Part shown: positions 45,243-58,024 of the stretch, piece by piece | Layout: every line of letters begins with the position of its first letter | How positions within the stretch are numbered: position 1 is the stretch's first letter | DNA from: Eukaryota sp. TZLM1-RC | Lineage: Eukaryota; Protista; Metamonada: BaSk clade | NCBI GenBank assembly: GCA_040285825.1 | Contig: JAUPSS010000007.1 | Span: 2,020,689 to 2,084,688 of the forward strand | DNA length: 64,000 nucleotides | Reading direction: 5' to 3' | Notes under the pieces: model-generated | Databases searched by the model: none | What the model was told of the DNA's origin: nothing | What the model saw: the letters and a program-made list of their open reading frames with translations, nothing else | Made by a program: the position numbers and the translations under genes

Positions 45243-46496
45243 TGCAAAATTATCCTTGTAGTTTACCTGTATTTTACCTTGATTATTTAATAATTGTTAA
45301 ATTTTGAATCATGATTTGTTTTTCCTTGTTTTTATTCTGTTCTCTAGCACACAGTAGCAGTGTTCAATATAAATCATTTTATAAGCTGTAAGAATCTGAA
45401 TTAAACTAAGAGCAACATCCACATGAGACAAAAACAAAGTGGTTGTTGGTCTCAGCCTCCACATTCGCTCATTTATTCGAGTTAGTATTGATGATTGAGA
45501 TAGAGCTAGATTATATTCTGATATTCACAAATGTTTATGGTTATTCCAAAGTAACCAAACAAGAAATTGAATAATTTAATCCTATTAGAAAGAGAGATTG
45601 ATTAGTTAGGAAATGTTCAGCCAGTGAAAAAAGATTGATTGAAATTTACATCACCAACACATCATGTCCATCCTACTATCTAAAGGCCTTAGTAGCATTT
45701 GGTGGATCCACTTAGATACATCAAGTCGCGAGGCTTTGTTCTGTGAAAGCAGTAGGTGTATTTAAGTGAGGTAGCCCATTGATGAAGATCATGAAAGTGA
45801 GGTAGTAAAAAGAAAAACATTTGGCAAGAACACGGAATTCTGTTGCATGGCAATTGAGCATACTAAATGATCATAACAGTAAGTTGGCAATAATGGCATC
45901 ATATAACCAAAATATAATGATATTAAGCTATTATTCCTATCACGTTTGCTAAAACGTTTGTTCCATAAAAATGACTTTAACAAAAGCAAATATTGAAGAG
46001 CAGCAACATCTTTAAAGGTTCTTAGATATGGATAACTCTATTACAAAGGATGTTTAAGGAAACATAATCTCATTAATGTTCTGGGAGATTTATGTGGTAG
46101 ATGTATATATCAAAAGAAGAGAAAGACCTCAAGATTTGACTGAAAACCACAGAATGGTTTGCACAGAAAGCAAGGAAGTACAATGATTGTGCAGTGTAAG
46201 ATGACACATCACAATGGTAAAGCAAAAGTAAAGGAGAAATTAGAGGAAGGAATGAAATCAAGAGCAGACCTAGTCATAGATATCAGTAAAAATGAACCAA
46301 GACATTTAGCAATTGTAGAATTAGTACAAGCATTAGAAAGTGCATCCAACAAGAGGATAAGTATCAACTCTAACAGGAAAAAAAACTTGTGTGATTAGCA
46401 GGCTAAATTTAGTTCCAGACGATATATTTTGAGAATGATAGGCAGTTGTGCCATTGTACGTTTTGGGAGTAAAAAGTGATTACAACTATATAATAT

Positions 46497-46667
46497 TTAT
46501 TGGACATGTACACTTAATTAAATTAATTCATAACTAATGCGACGAATATCATTGAATCAAGATTTCCTCTACAAAATCTTGATCTGCTTGCTGTCTAGCT
46601 AAAGCTTCTCTTATTCGATTGAAAAACCGAGGTAATCTATTAATAATGGCAAATTGAGTCCGAGAAC
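46497..46667 (-). mobile_element. Short 3' fragment of RLE non-LTR family A
   Basis: Reverse complement of the family A C-terminus and 3' UTR. Confidence 0.82.
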
Positions 46668-46783
46668 GTGAGTTGAATACACGAATTACAATTTTAGTTT
46701 TGAAAAATCTTGATTCATTTCGTCTTCATTTTCCAGTAATCTCAACGGGTTACTACCATTTAACATTTTTGTGCTGCTAGCTG

Positions 46784-47713
46784 ATGTCAATCCTACGCTT
46801 CAGTTCTTCAGGTTCTGTTTTATGTGCTATAGATGATACACTTCTAACAGTTTTCCTTTGCTCTCCTTTTGAAAAACGTATTGAAAGAACTTTCAGTGCG
46901 CCATTAGGACTTGTTGATGTTCTGGGCACCTCCAATTGCTGGGCTTTAGTTGGATCTTCTCCGTCTGACACTTCCAGTCTATTTCACGACCATAAAGTTG
47001 TTATATGGGATGATAGAGAATGCCAATGTCTCTGTGAAATTGGTAGTTCTTCAAAAATATTAAATATAGCCTTCTTGTCAGATTGTATTGTCGTGTTATC
47101 TGAAAACGAGGTATTTGTTACCAATATCCACAGTCTTTCACGAACCAGTATAGAGCTCAAACCATCATCTAGTCTTTTGGGTGTTTCTAGTCTTCTTTCA
47201 TCCTCCGTTTTTGCATTTCCATGTACCGCTCATCAGTCTTCCTCTTCCTCCAGAGCTTCTTCACACCAAGGATTTTTGGCGATTGCCGATCCAGCCCCTT
47301 CTTCGCCACACTGTTCTATAATTCCTGCACATAAGACTCCCCTATCAGCCATTGCCCTTTCAAGTGATGGTTCTCTGGCGGCCACAGCAAGCTCTGAAGG
47401 GACACTCATAAGAGTTTGGTCTTCGTCTGGTTCAATGATCTCTGAATTTAGGAGAGGAACTAGGAAAGCAACAATAACATCGCTAGCTTTTGGTGGTACC
47501 AAGTTTGTGGCTATTGCTTCGAAAAAGGAAACTGTACACGTGTTCAGCCTTGCAGGCAAACATCTCTCATTTGATACTAAGAGCAAAGTTGCAAAGTTTT
47601 TAAATTTTGATGTCAGTGGAGAGTTGTTGTTTGTGGTAGGTCAAGACAGAACCTTTAGAACATTGTCAGTAAAGGATTCAGAGTTGGTTGAGGTGGATAG
47701 AACTAACTTTTAG
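46784..47713 (+). CDS. ATG18: PROPPIN WD40 protein (ATG18/WIPI/Hsv2 family)
   Basis: IPAHKTPLSAIALSSDGSLAATASSEGTLIRVW, the phosphoinositide-binding EFRRG motif, and ETVHVF. The exact paralog is uncertain. Confidence 0.85.
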   Translation: MSILRFSSSGSVLCAIDDTLLTVFLCSPFEKRIERTFSAPLGLVDVLGTSNCWALVGSSPSDTSSLFHDHKVVIWDDRECQCLCEIGSSSKILNIAFLSDCIVVLSENEVFVTNIHSLSRTSIELKPSSSLLGVSSLLSSSVFAFPCTAHQSSSSSRASSHQGFLAIADPAPSSPHCSIIPAHKTPLSAIALSSDGSLAATASSEGTLIRVWSSSGSMISEFRRGTRKATITSLAFGGTKFVAIASKKETVHVFSLAGKHLSFDTKSKVAKFLNFDVSGELLFVVGQDRTFRTLSVKDSELVEVDRTNF

Positions 47714-47796
47714 TCTCAGACCAAACCTTACTTTTTTGGTATTTGTAAATAGCAATTGTAAATAAAATTGCATCAGAAATTTAATTTTTGGTATCA

Positions 47797-48273
47797 TCAA
47801 TTTATTAATGAATAAATAGAGTCTCTTAAGGCTTCCTGTTCAATAGCAGCTGCAACACGTTCCTTATCTGCCAATTGCTTGTTGATAGCTTCCTCAGTGT
47901 CATGACCTGAAATACGTACTGAAATCTTGAATTTATGTGGTAAACAATGTAAAAGCTTAACTCTTATGGCTAATCCTATGAAAGTACCCATAGAACAGTG
48001 AGGTACAGTTGGGATGAATGAAACAACCACAGTGTTGTCTGATTCGATGGAAATACGGTCTTCTGATACGACATCGAGCTCACCCAAAGTTTGAGGAAGT
48101 TCTGGATCTTGAATATCTTTAATGAGATTGTAAATTTCTAATGGTGTCCATGGTGTATTCTCACAATCTAAAATATCTGTTGATTTCGTGGCAATGGATG
48201 GTAAGTGAGATGATTGTGGCAAAAGTTGAAGAATGGGATTATCATCAGAGAAGCTAAAGACTGAAACTGACAT
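47797..48273 (-). CDS. CIAO2B: Cytosolic Fe-S assembly component CIAO2/MIP18/Cia2 (FAM96)
   Basis: IKDIQDPELPQTLGELDVV, FIPTVPHCSMGTFIGLAIRVKL and AINKQLADKERVAAAIE. Confidence 0.9.
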   Translation of the reverse strand: MSVSVFSFSDDNPILQLLPQSSHLPSIATKSTDILDCENTPWTPLEIYNLIKDIQDPELPQTLGELDVVSEDRISIESDNTVVVSFIPTVPHCSMGTFIGLAIRVKLLHCLPHKFKISVRISGHDTEEAINKQLADKERVAAAIEQEALRDSIYSLIN

Positions 48274-48778
48274 AAGTTAATAGCACCCTAATGTCAAATA
48301 GTTGCAACCCGTTGAAATTAGTTGAGGATGTTGATTCTGTTGAAGTGAATTTCTCTTATCATGCATTCCCATGTGAAATTCACTCAAGTTTTCAACTTTC
48401 TCAATGTCTACTCACAGGCTGTAAGAGACATGTAGCATCATTTGACAAAGACAATCATCATCTTCATCAATGGGCTACCTCACTTAAATACACCTACTGC
48501 TTTCACAGAACAAAGCCTCGCGACTTGATGTATGTAAGTGGATCTACCAAATTCTACTAAGCTATTTGTAGATCGGTCTCAAAAGATTTTCAAAAATATT
48601 AAAAAATAATAATAAACTCAAAATAGAATATCAGTTTTTCCAACGTTTTTGTTTCTGTATGCTCAGGTTCCCTATTCAACTCCTCAACAGAGCATAGGGG
48701 CAAGTGTATTTTTCCGGCCACAATTCCGCTTTCTTATAAAATTGTATATTTTTTGCAGCGGAAATATCTCTGTCATAT

Positions 48779-50058
48779 TGATGCTGTAAGGTTAGACATA
48801 TACAGTAACAGAATAGAGATAAGAATATTTATTAAAATTCACTGGTCCTTATAAAGGCCATCACTAGTGAAGTCCTATACTAGACTAATTGTCCACAGTA
48901 CAACACTTCCTTTTCCCTCTCTTAGATCTCCTACGAGATCTATAAAAATTAACTGCAGGGGAATAGTCTTAGATTTAGAATCGGAATTTACTTTCCGTTT
49001 CCTGGTAGTGCGAGGACCAAGGGTACGCAAATATGATTGGTATGCCTCAGTGCCTTTGACGTCAGCCACTGGGACAGATAATGTCTCGTTGCCATACCAA
49101 ACTGCGGTGCAATAAGGAATTTTATTATCATTCGAGTCTATAAAATCGAAGTAATCTATAATCTTAATAATCACAGATTCTTCCATAACACCGGCGGCAA
49201 TGTTCTTATACCAATCTATATCTTCCTTAGGGAAGTCAGAGAGGCATTGTTTACAATGATTAATACTTGCCGTAGACATTGAACCAGTGACAAGATTCTT
49301 GAGTAATAAATTTTTATTGGATTTCACTATTATTATGAGAAAGGGGCCAGCGGAGCAACCATGGAGTTTACCATCAATCTTTAATCGCAAAACTAAGTCA
49401 CCTTTATTGAAAAGGTTCCTATGTTTGTTAACTTCAGGCAGTTGTTGAGCTTGCCTGAGCTCTGCCTCTTCTCTATTCTTTGAAATCCTTTGAAGTTTTG
49501 ATTCAAGATCTTTAACAAAGGAAATATTAACATCAGCTGATTTTCTTAGTTCAAACATATTACTAGGATCAGCTCTAGGGCTGTGATTGCTGCCAAACAT
49601 TAAATTGTAAGGCGAATGACCAGTAACTCTAATAGTAGTTGAATTATTTTAAAGTTGTACAATTGGAATATATTCGCTCCAATTGCTATAATCACCAAAG
49701 TCCACCAAAATCTTTCTTAGACTTTGTAAAATGTCTCTGTGACGTCTTTCTACTGAACCATTGTTTTGTGAAAAACCGGTTAGTGAACGACTTACTTCAA
49801 TGTCTAATAAATCGCATTACCCTTGGAAAATGGCATTTGCAAATTCAACACCATTGTCACTGTGAATTGACAGTGGGATACCAAAAATTGATACTACACT
49901 CCATAGGAGGTGATTGGTTGCCTCCACTGCATTTAATTCCTTTACAAAGCAAATGATCGTATACCTAGTGAACGAATCTACAAAAACTATTAAATATTTA
50001 AATCCATTATCATCTTGTTGTAATGGTCCAATAGTGTCTGCGTTTAATCGTGCAAAAC
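48779..50058 (-). mobile_element. 3' part of a chromovirus-like LTR element: integrase, chromodomain, PPT and ~127-bp 3' LTR (48779-48905)
   Basis: FARLNADTIGP, LIVFVDSFTRY, HSDNG, SPYNLMFG..PRADP and YCTAVWYG. PPT agagagggaaaaggaag precedes TGTTG...GCATCA. Confidence 0.85.
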
Positions 50059-50885
50059 TGTTGGCCTTTTGGGCTTATATCAAATGAATAGAAAATAAAT
50101 CAGACTTTTCTTTATTACAATCGACTTGAGGCAACAATAATTATTGGCCATTTTAAAGTCAAAGGTATACCGCAAATAACCTCAGTACTCAACAAGAAAC
50201 CAGGAAACCAGATATTTTCATTATGTCAGACATCTTCTAGGAAAACTTTGACTTTACTCGTTCATTACCTAACATGCAGCAACAAGACAAACAAACACAT
50301 AATAAAGAGGGTAACGAGGTAACGGACACGGATCCCACCTCCCCCACACCAAAACTTAAAGATGAAAGAGCGGGCGAGGTCCGTCCTTCTTCAGTTATAA
50401 AAGAAGTTACGAGAGCGGACCCGGCTCCCTCTCCCCTCAAGGAAAAGATTCCTCTATAGAGGTTACGAGAACGGACCCGGCTCCGTTTCCCCTCCCAAAT
50501 ATAGCATCTGTCTCAAAAAACAACGAATGGACATCCCACCTTTGACTGTCTTCCAAACTAGGAGAGTATAAAGAAATTCAATCTCAACTAGATAAAATGG
50601 AAGGAGAAGACGACTCATCTGAGGGGTTTTATAAGCTTTTACAAGAGGATGCTGAAGCTTACCTTGAACCTACAGATTTCTGTCTGTTCAAACAGCTTCC
50701 TCCTCTGTAAAGCTCTATTTCAAAACGAGGCAGAAACGTAGGTTTTCAGACCCTCGGTATGATTGGGGATACCCAAAGGGTATTAGAAATCCCCCTTAAC
50801 GAAAGAAATGTGCTCATTAAAGCTCCTGACAAATTGAGCAGAGAGACGTTCGGGCGTAACGCAAAGCGACGTCTTCTAATGTCGG
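50059..50885 (+). mobile_element. 5' part of an LTR element: 78-bp LTR (50059-50136) and degenerate gag
   Basis: tgttggcc...gaggcaaca followed by ataattattggcc. The gag remnant LEPTDFCLFKQLPPL...SRETFGRNAKRR is homologous to the Gag starting at 61528. Confidence 0.82.
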
Positions 50886-51530
50886 TCTTTTTCGCACTAT
50901 ACTATATTCTTTAAAGAACAATTTATTTGAAATGATCGTCTTCTCTGTGTATTTAAACCATTATTACCATTATCCAATTAGTTAGTGAGTCAATAACAAA
51001 AAATGATCCTCTAACATTCGTTTTCCTTCTCATTGGACCATGACCTCGTTCTGCATTATGGACAACTCATTGATTAAAGGCATCATTGAAGGAGCGAAAT
51101 TGCTGTGTAGGAGGTAGGGGAAGATTAATACGATCATAACTCCATAATTTTGGCATGTGAATCGAGTAGTGTAAAGGAAACAGTATATACCGCAAGTTTG
51201 CATTTCTGTGCCGAAAGGTTACAATACCCCCGATTTCCATAATTATTTGCAGCTAAATCTTTTCTTGTTGTTGTTTACGTTATACAAAAGGTGCGAGGTT
51301 CTGTCTTTTTCAAAAAAAATCAATCTGAAACAGCATCAAAACATGAAATTTTATTCAGAATTGTTTAAATCCTAATCATAAAAAAGCAAACCGTAAACAT
51401 CCCTGCTGATTCTACCTCTGCTTTCGTTGTTTTCGTTTTTTCTACAATAATTCCATTACGTGTTTCCTATTTTCTTCTGCTGCACCTTCATCAAGTTCAC
51501 CTATTTCCATTACATTGTTTTGAAGTAGAG

Positions 51531-52722
51531 TAGGGTGGACGAAGGCTTCTATTCTTACCTCGTGTGCTTTTGTTGGAGGATGCAGAAATGCAATCTTTGA
51601 GTTTTCCGAAAGATTTGCAGATTGGAAAGATCTATTGATGACAACGCAAAGTTCCACTGTTTTTGCATTAAATGAAGAAATTTCAAAAATTGACGCAGAA
51701 AAATGGGGTCGATGCTTTCTCCAATCATTCGATGGCAATATTCCAGAAAAGAATGTTTTAAATTTGAAGTACACTCTTCGAACATTACAGAAACGATTGA
51801 CTGGAATGTATGAAAAAGATCTTTACAATAATATATGCAGCTCGGCTGTTTTAAATCAAGGTCTTCACTCATTGTTATTGGAAAACGGTGTTTGTGAAAA
51901 CAAGTCTCAGATTGTTCACTTTTTGTAACCATTGTACCACGAAGATTTGGATTGTGTGCCACTAATGAAGCATTTGTAACAAAAGCGAGATTATATTTGA
52001 ATATCCCCATTAATCAATTATTATCAAAAGAAAGTTGTATTTGTTCGAATTCACCTCAACTCACTTTGCGCCATGCTCTAAATTGCTCTGAATTGATAAC
52101 TTATCGTTCTTCATTACATGATGCTGTTAGAGACACTGTTTTCAATATGGCACAAACTGCAAGGATATCGTGTATCAAAGAGCCCCTGCTGAAGGAAACA
52201 CTTTCTCTGAATAATTTTGGTTCTGATGATAAAGGTGATGTATACTGTGATTGGATTGATGATTCAGAAGCAATTGTTGACTTTGTCTCATGTAGTGTTG
52301 CAAATGATACTTTGGTTCACAGAAGAAAACTTAATCCTGTAGTGCGCTTGATCTTAAAGCAAAAGGCAAAAACATAGAAAATTTGATAAAGATATTGAAG
52401 AGGCTAATGCCGATAGAAATACACAGCTAGTTTTATTGCTTTCCCATTGTCGATAAACAGAAGCTTATCAGTTGAAGCAGAAACTTTTTTGAATAACTTG
52501 CAAGAAATTGTCAAAGGAAAAACAAAGAAAAGATTTGATATTTTTTTGGCGTTCTCGAATTCAATTTGCCATAATTGATAGATTACCTCAAATTTTCAAT
52601 CGGATAAGAGGAGCTTTAGCTAGACATCAAGCAGATCAAAATTTTGTTGAGGAAATCTTGGTTCAATGATAGTCCTCCCATTAGTTATGAGTTAATTTAA
52701 TTAAGTGTGCAAATTCAATAAA
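51531..52722 (+). mobile_element. 5'-truncated RLE non-LTR family A copy, frameshifted
   Basis: GWTKASILTSCAFVGG through RHQADQNFVEEILVQ*, then the 3' UTR. Confidence 0.88.
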
Positions 52723-53183
52723 TATATATTTTTTAAAATGGAAATTATTTTGTTTGGTTAACGTTTTCTTTGGATTATGTTCAGTGTCTGGAATTTCTGA
52801 AACTTTTTTGCAAATATTATTTAGATTGTTCCCCTTTTGATTTTTGAAAAATTGTCCTTAATTACCGTGAGAAGATCGAGACTATTGAGACCATTAAATT
52901 TCTTCTCATAGTGGGTAAGATGATGTCATTCAAGGAAATAGAACCATCACCTATTTCATTGAATTTTCTTACCCCTCCAGACAGGAATGGCTCTCTATTT
53001 TTAAACTTGAATATTATTATAAGTGGTGTTTCATCTAGCCTTTTATTAATTTAACAAAGTTGAAAAAAAGTAAAAAGACTATGCATTTTTCTGACCAACG
53101 TACTTTCTCCTCCAATTCATTATTTAAATTCTGGAAATCTTTTTTTTAAAAACTGGAATATCTATTGAGATAAAAATAACCAT

Positions 53184-54172
53184 CTAGAATTCAATATCCT
53201 CCAAACAAGCGTCACTATTACTGAACCTACTCACAGCATTACGTTCATATTCTACACCGATAGCTAAAAGTGCCTTTGAAATCATTGTAGGAATAGACTT
53301 GAAAATGCAAAAAACAATTCTATTTAACCAGAAAGTGGAGTTCATTGTTTTACCAGACCTATTCAGTAACACTTTTTTAAAATTTTCCAAAAAGTGCAAG
53401 CCTGAAGGTCCAATATTGCCAAAAAGAGAAATTGCAAACGGCACAAACTGATATTTCACATGTTCCACTCTACCTAACTGTGCCAAAGGTTCTTCATATG
53501 TTTTTATCTTCTTTTTTTCGGCGTAAGATAACGGCGAATCAGCGGAATACACTAAACGAGCAGCAGAATTTTTGCAAACATCAACGGAGACAACATCTAC
53601 AACATTGAGGACACCATCGATCCCTGGAGCTACTAAATCTGCCCTTCTTTTACCAAAGGAATCATCAGTTTGATCTGAAGACAGCTTACGTACTAGTGGC
53701 TCAATAAATGCCTCTATATTGAAACTTTTGCACATGGCATATAATTGATCACGAACTGAGTCATGAACAATTGAGCGATAAGTTATAAAATACTTACAGT
53801 TTAAAATATGGGAAAGTGTAACAACACTCTTGCAGCGACAAATTAAATCATTTGGTAATGAACAAGGCCATAGAGAACATCTCATTCTCATTGCAGTGGT
53901 CCATTGGTGATCATTAAGTAGAAGGCCATAAATGTTGGGAATTTGGGAGATTAGGCAATTTGAACAACTGTCTTCAAGATCAATCAAAAAGTTTGCAAAA
54001 ACGGGATTTTTTTCCTTAGCCAAGCTAAGACGTACAATATAATCCAAGTTTTCTAAAACTTTCAAGATTTTTTTCTGCAATTTTGCAAAAGTCAGTGGTA
54101 AGGAGAGCAAGCTTCTTGAAGGAAGTTCCACAATATCAGAGGGGAAACATTTAGACCAAATATTGGGAAATC
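53184..54172 (-). mobile_element. 5'-truncated RLE non-LTR element with intact C-terminal ORF (CLEDIEF family)
   Basis: CRC..HILNC, HDSVRD, EPLV, RRADLV, DVVSVD, KIKTY, FVPFAISLFG and WLNRIVF. Confidence 0.88.
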
Positions 54173-54479
54173 TTCTTGTACATATCATGAAAAAAACCTA
54201 TCTACACTAGACAGTTCCTTGAATTCACTTGATAAACAGGATTCAAAAGTATTTTTGGCCAATGAAGAAGAATAGAATGCAGTTTCCACTACAATAGTAG
54301 CATTCAACATTGTGTAAGTAAAAGGCTAATGAATGTGTAGAAGAAGAACAAATGAGGGAAGTATGAGAGACAGCGAAGCCAAAATGGGGAACACAACAGA
54401 TAGAAATGATCGCAAGAATCAACATAGCTCTGAGCTAGGGAAAAAAAGGTGACTTTGAGAGGCGAAAGGAAGGTGCTTA

Positions 54480-56888
54480 GGTTATTTGCCGCACTTTTCT
54501 ACCAAAATTAACTAAAACTAAAAGGCTATATGAATTGACGAGATGGGATTTATTATCAGCATTAATAATTAGTTCATTCCATAATGATTTGGAAAAAAAT
54601 TTGCAAAGGTTCCACTTATTAAAGTTGAAAATCAACAAGTTTACGATTTCGTTTATTTGTAGAGTTGTTTGCCACGACAAAGTGGAAAACCGAGATTTCT
54701 GAAGAAATTATTAATTGGATAAGATCGGACAGCTATTCTAAATTTACAGGATGAAATGTCAAACAATGATGATTTCAATGTGGAATTATTTTTGTAACAA
54801 TTGATGCAAGAATCCTGGGTGACTGAAGCAATCTCTTCATCACATAATTGATTCATTATTTAATATACCAAAATTTTACCCAAAGTTTTGGGAACAACAA
54901 GTGTCTTTGAAAAACTACATCAATCACCAATGACCTTTTTAAGTCATTCCATTTTGTTCAATCATTTGGTGAGAAATTTTTTCTTGAATTCTAGTGTGCA
55001 ATTACTTAAATCTCCTTTATGGACTTTTGAAGTGCTGCCCAAAGCTGTTACCTCTATACCCAGATCTATTCGCTTGGATACAAAATTCTTTTTGGAAATG
55101 TAAACTCAATTGGAATGTATGCCCAGTAATTATAATAAAGTGGAACAACTAGCAGGTAAACTGTCGAAAACAAGTGAAGTTACTAAATTACTATGGGATT
55201 CAGCCTTAGGGCTTTCAAATTCGGAGTTTGAGGTTTCTTTCCCGAAAAAATCAACAAGTTCTCTGAAAATACCATTAAGTCACAAAACAAAGTGTTTAAG
55301 AAATTCATGTAAAATTTTCTTGAAAAAATGTTGATGAAGAGAAACTCAACTATCCTGAAGAAGCTCCATATGTTCTTGATAATATTATTGTAACCAATGG
55401 ACTTCCTGTTTCAATTCAATTTGGAAGAAGAGATTTTTTGGGGAAAAATATACAACAAAACAACAAAAAATTAGAGACGTTCACTTGAGCAACCAATCAA
55501 TGGAAAAATTAACATCCTTAAATTCTAGAGAATTAGTCGCTGCAGATCCAAATGAATATGATTTGATTCATGCTGTTTCCAAAAAATTAAACCATGGTAA
55601 TTGTTGTAACAAATTTCAATTGATAAAGATGAAGTAGAGCTAGATGACGAAACAAATCAAAGAAACAAGCGCAAAGAAGAAATTATAATATTATAATATT
55701 ATAAATTATGAATTATAATATTATAATATTGACTCCTCTTTTTACTCAAGGTGAACGAAAATTTTCACTTGGTCTTCTCAAACATCAGAGACATAGAAAG
55801 AAACGGCAAGATAAATACTTCTTCAACGGTGATGGAGAAAGTTACAAGGAAATTTTGAAAAATTTTCTGACTCTCAAATGAGAAAACAAACAAAATCACC
55901 CAAATTAGATGAATTTTGTGAGTTAATTTGTGAATTAATGCAAAAGAAATCGTTAGAATGAAATCTTGGAATTTATTTATCCAAATACAATCCCGAAAAG
56001 AAAAATTCTCCCAACACAAGGGAAACAAAAAGGTGACATGAGTTGATTCATAAAATTAAACAAAAGTTTGGCAAACCTGGTGATTGTATGATAGTCATTG
56101 GTGATTGGAGTAAAGAGTCTGGATTTAAAAGGAAAGGCAAGTATCCATCTAAAGGTACAAGTATAAGAAAAGTATTGAGACAAGCCGGATACCTTGTATT
56201 TTTTGTCAATGAAGCAAATACTTCAAAAAGATGCCATAATTGTGCTCGAAAGGGTACAATTGGAGAAAACACGAAAACTTCCTACAAATACGATGATCCC
56301 AACTTTACGAAAAACAGAACTCAATTAGACAGGATATTCATGTCAGAGGGAAAAACGGAATTTAAAGACAGATTCAAAAAATGCAAAAAAAAGTAAAAAA
56401 AGAAAGTAAAAAAAAAGAAAAGTTGGAAGAAGCAATGATATCAAGGGTAGAAACAGTCCCTGAAAGTTGGTTATGAGTAAGGCAGATACGAGTAAGAGTG
56501 AACAAAGAAGTCTAGCAAATAAAGAATTAGTTGAAGAATAGAAAATACCACCGACAAGAGAATGAGAAAACGTATTTCAAAGCTTTTGGAAAAGGATGAA
56601 TTAGACAACTATAAGGTTCAACAAGTAGTTCGTTGGGCTCTAAGCCAATCCACAAAAACTCAATGCAAAACCTTGTGGAATCGAGATACTAATTCTGCAC
56701 AAAATACTCATTTGTTGGCTGAAGACATTTTGGCTGGAAGAGAGAGAACAGAGGTGTTCAAGAAGCAACAGTCTCAAACCAATGTTATTGAACCGACTGA
56801 TGAAAGCCAGAGAGATGTTGATAATGATTTTGAAGGTGATGGTACACTAATGAGTCCGATTCAACAACCAAACCGCAATACATTATGA
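54480..56888 (+). pseudogene. Decayed Fanzor1, locus B; 5' boundary approximate
   Basis: FEVLPKAVTSIPRSIRLDT, LLWDSAL, YVLDNIIVTNGLPVSIQF, RuvC-I ELVAADPNEYDLIHAV (~55530-55577), KFGKPGDCMIVIGDWS, YPSKGTSIRKVLRQAGYLVFFVNEANTSKRCHNC, and RuvC-III CKTLWNRDTNSAQN...LAGRERTEVF. Confidence 0.88.
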
Positions 56889-56925
56889 TGAGTAGCGAAT
56901 GCGGAAGTTGAGAGACAATGTATAG
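56767..56925 (+). ncRNA. Candidate omegaRNA scaffold overlapping the 3' end of Fanzor locus B
   Basis: Nested pairings tcaac/gttga and ccgca/tgcgg. Loop atacatt (56878-84) is complementary to downstream aatgtat (56917-23). Small ctgat-gaaa-gccag hairpin. Confidence 0.35.
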
Positions 56926-56965
56926 TTTTGAAGCAACTTAAACTTTCTCTCGACATTATTGGGCA

Positions 56966-58024
56966 ATGTCTGTATCCAATGCCCATCTTGTGAAACTAGC
57001 ATCTCATCGCATCCAGTCAGTGGCTAATCAGCGATATTCTGCTCAATTTGATAAACTTGACGAATCTTCTCGCACAACCGCACAAGATCAATTGGACTCT
57101 CTTCTCAATTCAGCTTTTGGCTCACTTTCGCGAAATAGCTTTGATCAATTATGTCGTATTCATACGTTGAGGAAGAAACTGTCTTCATTCAGCTCCCAAA
57201 ACACACCACTATCAATATCAGCTTCCCGAATTGCCACCACAAGTTTTCAGTCAATTGACCACTCTGCTGCTTCAGACATTTTTCCTCTGTCAGAACCTTC
57301 TTCTGATCAGTCCCAACCCACCTCCCCCAATTTTATTACTTTTCTTGATGTACATGTTCAGACTGAGTCCTTATGTCACCCTGTTGAGAACACTAGTTGT
57401 CAGACTGAAGAGGAGTATAACCCTGAGGAACACATCGCAAATGAGAAGAAGTTGAAAATGGAAGTTAAAATGCTCAAAACCACAATGTCTACCAAGGAGA
57501 GTACAATCAAAATGTTACAATCAACCTGTGAAAATTTGAGATCTGAAAATGAGAAAATTAAATTGGAAATAAACGAAGTAAAATCAGGCAAAGATGAAGA
57601 AACCATTGTGCAAGAAGCTAAAACTTCCGCTGAACTCACTCTATCTCTTACTTCTACAGTCTCTTGTCTTGTTCGTTCCATGGTTGACAGAGTTGCTGAG
57701 GTGTTTTTGGTGAGGCAAGAGAGGAGGCGTCGAAAAGGACTAGGGGAAGGTGATTCTGATAGTGAAGATCCATTGGATTTTTCACTCAACTCTCCCAAAA
57801 ATGATACTATTTATAGTAATCAATCAGATTCTGATGAGTTGGCATCAGTTTCCGGTTGTTCGTCTGATTTGGAACGGTTAACTAACCCTTCTGACTTTGA
57901 CGACATTCCAAGTTCTGATTTGGAGTTGGACGTTGTCAGTGACTATGAATTGGAATCGTTATTAGTGGATGCGTTGAAACAAAGAAAGATTTTAGCAAAG
58001 GAAAGTGATGACGATAGTGATTGA
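56966..58024 (+). CDS. Hypothetical coiled-coil protein with acidic C-terminus
   Basis: 352-aa ATG-initiated ORF with a heptad-rich centre; no family recognised. Confidence 0.65.
   Translation: MSVSNAHLVKLASHRIQSVANQRYSAQFDKLDESSRTTAQDQLDSLLNSAFGSLSRNSFDQLCRIHTLRKKLSSFSSQNTPLSISASRIATTSFQSIDHSAASDIFPLSEPSSDQSQPTSPNFITFLDVHVQTESLCHPVENTSCQTEEEYNPEEHIANEKKLKMEVKMLKTTMSTKESTIKMLQSTCENLRSENEKIKLEINEVKSGKDEETIVQEAKTSAELTLSLTSTVSCLVRSMVDRVAEVFLVRQERRRRKGLGEGDSDSEDPLDFSLNSPKNDTIYSNQSDSDELASVSGCSSDLERLTNPSDFDDIPSSDLELDVVSDYELESLLVDALKQRKILAKESDDDSD

Noticed and set aside
45400-46400. Possible decayed DDE transposase (DHESEVVKRKTF-like stretch)
   Set aside because: Too degenerate; no TIRs or catalytic triad could be identified.
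48291-48560. 89-aa ORF starting 17 bp from the CIAO2 start codon
   Set aside because: No recognisable motifs; cannot be distinguished from a chance ORF.
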